Below, in pieces: positions 38,270 to 46,985 of a stretch of 46,985 bases of DNA; the first letter of the stretch is position 1, and each line of letters begins with the position of its first letter. Origin of the DNA: Bigelowiella natans CCMP2755 (taxonomy: Eukaryota; Protista; Cercozoa); the NCBI GenBank assembly GCA_000320545.1, contig ADNK01002785.1, forward strand, positions 1-46,985. Reading direction: 5' to 3'. Under the pieces are notes generated by a model. It searched no databases and was not told where the DNA came from. It saw only the letters and a list, made by a program, of their open reading frames with translations. The position numbers and the translations under genes were made by a program.

Positions 38270-38726
38270 TCTTTGTTCGTTTATTTCGGCTGCAACGATT
38301 CTATACCAACGAATTCATCCTAGAATCGCCTGCATAAAACTCTCACCGGCCTAATACTCCTTCCGACTTGGTGGCAGCACACGCGTGCTGGGCGCGCGTA
38401 CGCTCGGTTGGAGCTGATGCCAATGCCCTAAAAGAGGAAAGTTGGGTATCTCGTAAGAAGCTCAGAAACGCAGGCGATTTCTGCAAAAATCGGTCCTGTA
38501 ATGACCTCTCGAAAGCAAGGAAGGATTCTAACTTCAAAGAATTCCTTGTCGCTTTTCGCTTTTCGCATTACTTCCCACGAAATGTATTTGTTGTAGTTTT
38601 TTTAACAATAGTTGTCGCGGAGGAAAAACGCCATTGTTTTTTCTATTTCCTAATTCGAAAGGAAAAATGCCTCGCGTGCCCACATTAATATTCCGTTAAA
38701 GTGCAGCACGCGTCGGAGAAAGCAAG

Positions 38727-38977
38727 ATGGCAAAGGGTCGTTGCTGTGGCCGCCCTGGTAAGCGTGATTCCCCCTTCGATGTTCACTTTATATTTCCCCG
38801 TTGATATGATTGTCATCATCATCATCATCATCATCATCATTGTCTTCATTATAATCATTATCATCATCATAATCATCATCAGTGCGGACCTTAACGCTTT
38901 GGTTCTGTGTGTGCGACATCCTTATTGCGATCCTGGGAATTGCGATCGTTCCTCTACTTATTACGGACGAGTACGTC

Positions 38978-39035
<58 letters not shown>

Positions 39036-39660
39036 GCAGAGAGTCGTAAGAATCTCGGAATACGATTTTGATGGGCCGTCATGTTTTTTGAATCTTACCT
39101 AAGGAGTGCTATTTACGTTGACTATGGGATCATTGCCCTTCTCTACTACAGTACGTCCTAAGCACACAATCTCTACACCAGAGCAGTGTTCTGTGCTTTA
39201 CAAGAACAAATATGCTAAATATACAGTGAATTATAATTATTTAACTCCCCAAGGACTTTTTTGTGTGCACCGCAGTTTGTTCCCTCGGTTTCTCGATCGT
39301 TGGATTCTACGGGGCCTATGCAATCCGCAAGCGATACATCGTGACGCTATTCGTATGGCTGATTGGGAGTATCATTTTCTTCTTCATCTCTTACATCGGA
39401 GCCATTGCCAGCGTTGAGTCAACATGCGAGGAGATCCATGCTAGGGATGAGAATGTAGATATAATGAATAAATAACAACGCGGAATTTTTTTAGCTGTCG
39501 CTGCTCCTCCCAAACGACTATTCTTTCCAACACGTGCATTCATCGCAGGATGACCGTTTCAATAGATGTGTGGAACTCGGTGAAGGCCTTCTCGCCGTAG
39601 CATTCATCATCGTAATCACACTCAGGTAGCTGTCATGTCACTCACAAAGTACACGCTGGG

Positions 39661-39706
<46 letters not shown>

Positions 39707-40245
39707 ATACGCGTATCTAATCGATTCTAATCTGTGGTTTGACGTTGAAGAATGAAACGTGTGGTCACCAGGTTTGTCTATCTATACGTCGGGTACAAGC
39801 TGATGAAGGCCGTCCAAACGGTAGTAGGCGAGCACGCAATAATACCACCATATCACTCAAATCACCGAACATAAAATGAACACCCGATTCTCCTCGCATT
39901 GCCCGTCGTCCCCCAAAACGAAACTTCCGTGTATACCAACAGCTGAAGAAAGAGCGCTCCGAGACGGAATCCAACCTCGTGTCGAAGCAGGAGATGTCGC
40001 GAAGCTCTGGGCCAAGTTTTCCCGCTGCTGGCGGACACCGATCAGTCTCTTCGCTAGGCCATCTGGGCGTCATTTCTGGGAAGTTTGGCCGGTCCAAGAA
40101 CAACCTGGGAGTTGCGGACTCGTCCTCAGCGGCAACCAGCCCAATGGCTTCTAGCGCAGAGATGAGGCGTGCTGGCAAAAATAGTAACAAGTTCCAAAGC
40201 AATCCAATCGCCTCTGCGGACATGAAGAGGTCCCCGCTGTATTAG
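38727..40245 (+). CDS. Four-transmembrane (tetraspanin-like topology) protein (spliced)
   Basis: MAKGRCCGRP|VRTLTLWFCVCDILIAILGIAIVPLLI..., GFSIVGFYGAYAIRKRYIVTLFVWLIGSIIFFFISYIG, a loop with two Cys, LLAVAFIIVITL|RFVYLYVGY, and a Ser-rich tail ending SPLY* at 40245. Confidence 0.65.
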
Positions 40246-40599
40246 GGGACAGTATGTTATGAATATAGAGCTCTAATGTCAAGGCTGCCGGTTAATATTC
40301 ATGTTGCTCATGCAAGTACTAGCGGTGCTGTTTCATGTACCATATGTGTGTCCAAGCGTCGTGTACGTAGTTTGTGCAGATGCTATAATAATAACCAATT
40401 GCTGAAGCGATTTAATGACATCACTGCATCACTGCATCCGTCTCAAATCAATGCAATCATTATTTCCCAGCTCGTGTATGCCTATAGTATCATGTGCGTT
40501 AGGCGCAGTGACATGTTAGGGTAGCACAGCAGCTTTTGGATACCAGCGCAATGTCGCGCATGCAATGTTGCATTGCTAATTTATTTTGCAAAATTGAGG

Positions 40600-40960
40600 G
40601 GCTATCGCATCGAGGCCACTAGCACTGCTAGCTAGCTAGACTGCGAGCATGCACGCACCTAGCTAGCTAGGTAGCTAGACATGCTTATAGCATGCTCATG
40701 CGCTATGCGATCTATCTTATTTAGCTAGATGATAAGTTCAATCTAGATATGACAGACATGCTATGTAATATATCTAGTTAGCGCTCTAGCGCTACCAGGC
40801 TAGCTAATTCTAGAGCTAGACGATCACATACACAGCCTAGCTAGCTAGATGCTGCACTGCCAGAGCGATCTAGCGATGCATGCGCATTCATAACACTCTA
40901 GCACTGCTAGCTAGCTAGACTGCTAGAACACATTGTGATAAAGTTGCTTTCTAGCTTTAT
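40600..40960. repeat. CTAG-rich degenerate tract with a 26-bp direct repeat
   Basis: ctagcactgctagctagctagactgc occurs at 40619 and 40898, among many (CTAG)n runs. Confidence 0.8.
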
Positions 40961-41444
40961 TACTGACAATTTCTATGTTTTTGGTTACAAATTTATTCTA
41001 ACAATAGATTTAATGACGACGACTACTACTACGAACTCCACAAGAACCATTTGCTCAATCTTCTGTGGGCTACATTAAAACGGTGAATGCATCTTCTGCA
41101 CACCTCTGCTGATAAATCTAGCGCAGCACCCATGCAGCAATAATAGCAACCAGCAGCACTAGAGCACGAGAGGACTCGATCCAACGCCATACTGCTCAGA
41201 GTACTGCTAGTCTGCTAGTACTGGTGCTGCTGCAGGTGGCTGCTTCCTCTTTCTGGTGATATTACTTCCAACTTCCAATATACAAATATCCTCTGTTAAA
41301 ACAGCAAAAGCTGAACTATGATATTTCGACAGCTTTGCGCTCTCCACCCCCCCACCACCCCCCTCTCTCTCTCTCATCGACAGTGCCATAATTCATCAGT
41401 CGGGGAGAGGTGAGGGAGATACCTCAGTTACTGCCTCTCTGCCA

Positions 41445-42570
41445 TCAGCTTTTACTAGGCTCCAGAGCTGCTGCTACAACTGGGGCGACGGCTTTGGTCT
41501 CTTCCATTCTCCGCATCCTCTCGCACCAAAGTCTGCCAACGTCATTGCCAAGAGCCCTCAGCGTCTCTTCCTGCACAACTTCGTTTACGATGGCGCAAAA
41601 ATAACAAAGCTTTTTGGCCGCCCTTGCCACCTTCGCGCGCCCGCCTCCCCGGCTAGCGCTCCCACTTTTCTTCTTGCTCTTCCTTCCCCTCGCCAACCCT
41701 TTCGAGTTCTTCTGCTTCCCACTACTGCCGCCTTCTTCCGCTGTGATCGGTTTCGAGTTCTTTTCATTGCTAGCCTTGGCGTGGCCGCTTGCATTTGTTC
41801 CAGCCTTCGTTGGCGTGGCCCCCTTCCTCTTGCTATCGCCGTTGTTGTCGTTCGCGCCTGCAGCTGTAGTGCCTCCTTTTACGCCGCCGTTCTCTGTCTT
41901 CGAGGAAGGAAATTCATAGCAGTGCGTGTCCGCAGTGTGCTCTGCTGCTGCGAACTCGGAAGGGGGGGGGCGAGCTCCTGGTTTCGAGCTACCTTGGGTT
42001 TTGTCACCACCACCCTCAGCAGCATTAGGCGAGGGCGCGGCAGCAGCATCGGTAGCAGCTGAACCGAAGAGATTTCCGGAATTCGGTTTCGTCTTCTTTG
42101 CCTCTTTCTTCGATGCCGCCGTGGCCGTCGAGGTTAGGCGGATCGCTTTGTCCTTAGCGGCCTTGATCTCCGCCATCGTCGCCGTTTTCTCCGGGAGCTG
42201 GGAGAGCACCACGGTTCTTTCCTCCTGGCTGCTGCCACTACCCCTGCCCCCCCCCCCCTTAGCTGTTGTTTTTGGGAACTCATCCTTGTCGTTATCGTTG
42301 CAGTTATCAACCTCCCCCTTTGCTGCTGACTTCACTGTCTGGGGGTTCTCGATACCACGTGCTTGCTGCTGCTGCTGCTGGCGTTTTTGGAGGGTGAGGC
42401 GTTGCTGCCTCCTATCCTCTCGAAGCTCCTCGGCGAGTGTCTCGAGAAAGCATTGGAAATCGGCCAGGGCGCGTAGCTACATACGACGGCAAGAGTATGA
42501 TGAAGGGACACATTTAAAAACAAGGGTTAGTAAAAATATAAGCTCTCTCTCTCTTTCTCTCACACACACA

Positions 42571-42605
<35 letters not shown>

Positions 42606-44402
42606 CCCCCACACTGCTACTGCTACTTTCAAAGTACAGGAACATAGGCAAGGGGGAAAAAAACTCATCTCACTCACACTACCGAGAGCGTATGGTAGAA
42701 CAGCATCCTCGCCGTATCTCGGACCGCCTCCACAGCAAAGGCGTGCGTGACTCCGGCCACTCTCTCAGCATTCTCGAGGCCCTTTCGAATCGCTGCGCCC
42801 ACGCTGGGAAGCACCGCGGACTTGTCCAACACGTCGGAGACGGTGAAGACCACGCTGCCCGCCCCTTTCCTGTCCTCCTCCCACTCGCCGTTGTACAGCC
42901 GCTTGGTGAATGCGTACGTGAAGAGAAGCTCAACCAGGTTTGGAAGCAGCTTCAGCCTCTTCGTGCGCGGGTCAATGGCGGTGGGGGTGGGGGCGCGTAA
43001 GTAGCGGAGTGAAGGAATGTCAACCGCAGACAACTCGCGCTTGGTGCTGCTGCCATTTCCCTCGCCGTAAGTATTGACTACCCCCACGGATAGGATACGG
43101 GGCTTTGGGACTGACGCGCTTAAACCTAAAGGGTGGCAGGGGGGGGGGGGGGGGATTACGATATTGGAAAGAGAAGGAGAAGATATGAGTCAGGGTCGAT
43201 CGATCAATAATGAATCAATGCGGACGCTTTCCACTTAGCAGAAAGCCATGGTAAAGGACCAAGGGAGGAGGAGGAGGAGGAGTATGGAAGAATCGGAACG
43301 TGCGGAAGAAAAACGAGCTCACGCATGCATTAGCATGTAAACTCCGTGATCGAATTCCTGACTAGCTAACATTGGTGATAATGTGCTGTATGGTTGTTGA
43401 GTAGAGCAAGCTGGACACGTTGCCATGAGAACAGAGGGCCGAGACCAGCCACCCAAAACACACCCAATCTTTCATCTAGGATGATCGCTATACGTAAAAC
43501 GTTCGATTGTCAATGCCAGGGGTTATTTGAGGCGCATCGAGTAGACGATGCCCCTCTCCCCCGACTCGATAGAACACGTTGGAAGCGCATCCAGAGGGAG
43601 GGGGGAGACACCAGAGAAACGAAGAGAACTAAAGCATTGACATCAAATCGCATCATAGTGCTACAGTTACTAAAACAAAACCTTTGTGCGGCCACGCCTC
43701 CAAGTCGTCGACCTTGGGAGCCATCGGTGCCAAGGCCCTCCACCCATGGATCTCATAGTCCTTCTTCTGCCTCTCTTTATCATCACCAGGCGAGGGGGGA
43801 GGACACCACCATGGATCCCAGGGCTTGAACAAGTCTGCCAAGCGCCCATCCGCAGCCATCTTTCGGAACTTCTTCTCCGTCTGAGCGTCGAGCCTTTTCG
43901 GGTCAAACTTGCCGGAGACCGCCATCTGCTGGAAGAGGCGCAGAAGCCGCTCATGCTCCTCGTCTACCTCCTGCTCGTCATCCTCTCTATTAGGGTCTGC
44001 ATTCGCTCTCCGGATCACTGCCGGGCCTTCAGGAGGCACGGGCAATGGATCGTCAGCTGCTTTGGCTTCGAGATCTCGCTTGAGAGCGGCCACCGCCTTC
44101 TCCTTATCGGCCTTGGAGGGCTTCGCGTACGCAAGCTCTTTCTGCACCTGCTCCTGGTAGAACGGCTCCGTGCACTTCCCGTCATGAGCGCGGTAGCACT
44201 TGAGCGAGCAGGAGACTGCGTGGCACTTCGGGCAGGTGTACTTCGCCCTCTCCTGGTTGCAGGACGAGCAGATCGTGATCTTAGAGCTGGAGGAGATTGG
44301 GACCGCTGCCGCCGCCCCCCGCCGCCTCCCAGGAAGGCGTATATCCCGCACACCGGTCTTCAACCTCCGCGCGGAGGCTGTTCCGGTGGGGATGGACTTC
44401 AT
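41445..44402 (-). CDS. ZNHIT2: Zinc finger HIT domain protein, ZNHIT2-like (spliced)
   Basis: zf-HIT CSSC...YTCPKCHAVSCSLKCYRAHDGKCTEPFYQEQV, then PWDPWW, NLVELLFTYAFTKRLYNGEW, LRALADF and AAKKLCYF, the motif order of ZNHIT2 proteins. A long low-complexity insert lies in the last exon. Confidence 0.8.
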
Positions 44403-44641
44403 GGTTGGGAGGGGCAGGCGAGGAGGGGAGCCGTGGACCGCACTCGTTCCCGTTCTGGAATTTCTCCGTAAGCTAAATTCACCTGAAAACGCAGGCGAAT
44501 TCAGGTAAAATCAAGCGATACCGAGATAGATTTCGGCATCGTAGCCTGCGTCTGAGCCAAGAAAGCCTATTTGAGTATTTTAGGCCTAAAATATGTTGTC
44601 GCGGTGTCAAAACGTCACCCTCTTCGCATCGGCATTCTCGA

Positions 44642-46495
44642 ATGGCTGCCGGAAAGCCTTCCGAGGAGGTCCAACACCAGCGCCAACACGCATTGACCCG
44701 CACCCCCCGCCCGCCCGCATGCTGGTTCGAAAATTGGCATCTGATTGAATTTTGGGCTTCCACAATAGGTCTCATCGTCGACGGGCCTGTCGGCATGCCT
44801 CTCGCTGCTGCGAAAGAAAACAGACGAAGAGAAGTTTGCAGGGCTCCTCCTTGTCTCGAAGCATCTAAAGGTCGACTAGTTGTAGCCGCAGGGACGGCGA
44901 TGGATGGTTTGGCGATGTCATGAATCGTGGCGCGCAATTGAGCATTCAGAAGGCTTCTTCCGCGAGAGAATTGTAGCCAGAAGAGCTATGTAATCGTAGA
45001 AAGCCAAACCTAATTCAGCATCCACTGCCGGTGTCAAACAGGAAGCGAAAGGCGAGCGCTTGCTATCGTCCCTCTCTCCCATTGCTGATGCTGTTGGCAC
45101 GAAGTTTCTGCTTCGATTACTGCTGACGAAGGGCAGCAAGGGCGCCAAAGGAGTGCGTAGTTTTTGAAGCTCTTTACGTTTCACGCTAATTTGTTTGTCT
45201 GGCGTCTGTGTATATGCGTTCGATACTGTTAGCGCTTGTCGCTATGATCGTGACCATCTGCCCTGTTATCATTGTCTATATCTTTCTCCTCCTCCTCCTC
45301 CTCCTCCTCCTCCTCCTCCTCCTCCTCCTCCTCTTCCTCCTCCTCCTCCTCATGCTCCTTCTCCTCCTCCTCATAATCATGATCATAATTCATCATCATC
45401 ATCATTATCGTCATCTCCACATTTGCCGCAGGGTGGCCGTCCCAGCGCGTATGCGTCTCTAAGCATCAACATTCTCTCCACCTTGGCTGCTGACGAGACT
45501 ATACTGCCCAGATATCTTCCCGCCCTGCCATCACTGTTAACCCACCTCTCCAACATGCAAGAAGGTAGGGGGCTTTACGCCGTCACATCGCACTGTGATT
45601 TAGAAACCTAATGATATATATTTGTGTTTTTTTTTTTGTGAATAACCGCCTAGATTCGCCTGTGCTACACACACACACACACATACACGTGCGCGTAAAC
45701 ACCGCTGACACATAGAGTGGAGGTCACCCACAGTTTTACATTTATTTCTCCTCCGCGGCCTCCTCTCCTGCTGTTTTGTTAGCGGAAACGAGCGCTCCGA
45801 TCGTAGAAGACGCGATTCGCCTCAGCCTCTCCCTCGCTATGCTAGCACAGCAAAATACTATGGTGAATAAGGGCAACGATCTGGAGACGAAGAAGACCGC
45901 GACTCCTCAAAGTCCGCAAGCTGAAGCATCCTCTTCTCCCCCCCCCCCTATTCTCTACCATCTCTCACTACTCTCCATCCTCCTCGCGCGTCTGGAGAAA
46001 TCGCTAAGGGAAGGGGAAGCGGAGCGGAAGAAGCACCGCAAAGAGCAAATGCAGCCGCAGGCCAGCAGCAGTAGCAGCAGTAGCAGCGCACACGAGAAAC
46101 TGCTGAATCCTATCCTCACCCTCTGTGCAGATATTAGTACGATGACGACGGGGGGGGGCGAGAGGTCAAAATTTCCCCATCAACTACCGGCCCTCTCTAC
46201 CGGAGTGATAACTCAACTCTCGAGAATTTTCGCTGCCAACCAGTCGCAGTTAAAGTTTACCCTCCTCCGCGCTCTGACGGATATCCTGAGGGAGAGCAGT
46301 GTGGAAGGGGAGGGGGCACGCCCCCCCTCCTCTCCTCCTTCCTCAAGCTTGTTTTTGGCCCTCTTGAGTGCTGCTGCGTCTGGTGCTGGAACGGCAGCTT
46401 CTCGTAGGCGAAACACTCTTGACACATGGCCGTTTTACGTACGAACAGGGCTTCAGGTCGCGCGATGAACATGCGTGTACACGTCATCACACACG

Positions 46496-46531
<36 letters not shown>

Positions 46532-46985
46532 TCCCACCCCCTCCCTCCCCACCCATCCAAGATACGTGTCCGCCGCAGTTTTTGTGGCCTTTGCGAATCG
46601 CTTTCTTAAGCCCAGATAAAAGCATTCTGCTTGTGGCGAGGACCAACCGACTCTTGCAATTGTTTTCGAGGAAGTTTCTTTCGTATCACCTCTTCCTTCC
46701 ACCGCCTCTCTCTACCCATCATCACCATGAACTCCTCCCCCTCCTCCTCCTATCACCAGGATATTTTTGGGATCGCGTACAAACGGCCGAGACTCGTGCC
46801 TTCCGCATTGACGTTGACGGACCGTGATGCTGGGACTGCTGGGGTCCCACAAGTTGGCGACGGCGAAAGGAAGAAAGAAAACTGGGGGGGGCGTGGGGGG
46901 GGCAGCCTGACAGCAGCCTTCAACCAACCCGAGGAAAGGACGAGAAGAAGAAGGAAAGGGCATGGCCGTCTTTTTTCCGCACTTT
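44642..46985 (+). CDS. NCDN: Neurochondrin-like protein, N-terminal part (spliced; runs off the window)
   Basis: Spliced translation CLSLLRKKTDEEKFAGLLLVSK..., DAVGTKFLLRLLLT, YASLSINILSTL and W..YVRTGLQ match remembered neurochondrin-family motifs. Confidence 0.7.

Noticed and set aside
46760-46985. Apparent frame inconsistencies in the last neurochondrin-like exon
   Set aside because: It lies at the window edge in homopolymer-rich sequence, and cannot be separated from sequencing error or a wrong splice choice.

Overview
Gene-dense, intron-containing eukaryotic (protist-like) genomic DNA, with microsatellite-filled GT-AG introns. About 14 protein-coding genes can be reconstructed by eye, in almost strictly alternating orientation: AzgA/NCS2-like permease (partial), histidine phosphatase, C2orf81/DUF4639-like protein, purple acid phosphatase, a small hypothetical protein, a catalase-like-fold protein, a signal-peptide diacylglycerol kinase, an ELO elongase, a mitochondrial carrier, a coiled-coil/PH protein, a vWA + Ig-like + TM receptor resembling anthrax toxin receptors, a 4-TM protein, a ZNHIT2-like protein and a neurochondrin-like protein (partial). 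The main signal is a mutational signature. A 5'-truncated non-LTR retrotransposon (about 18.2-20.3 kb) has no TpA dinucleotide over about 1.35 kb, its conserved tyrosines read His or Cys, and the few nearby TA survivors are almost all in CTAG. The same signature, plus strong CTAG excess, marks 31.1-33.7 kb, and weaker forms mark the convergent intergenic spacers, while exons and intronic (TA)n tracts are untouched. This suggests a strand-symmetric A-to-G hypermutation at TpA that targets repeats or silent DNA, the mirror image of fungal RIP. All family assignments come from remembered motifs rather than database searches. Exon boundaries and dinucleotide counts were done by eye.
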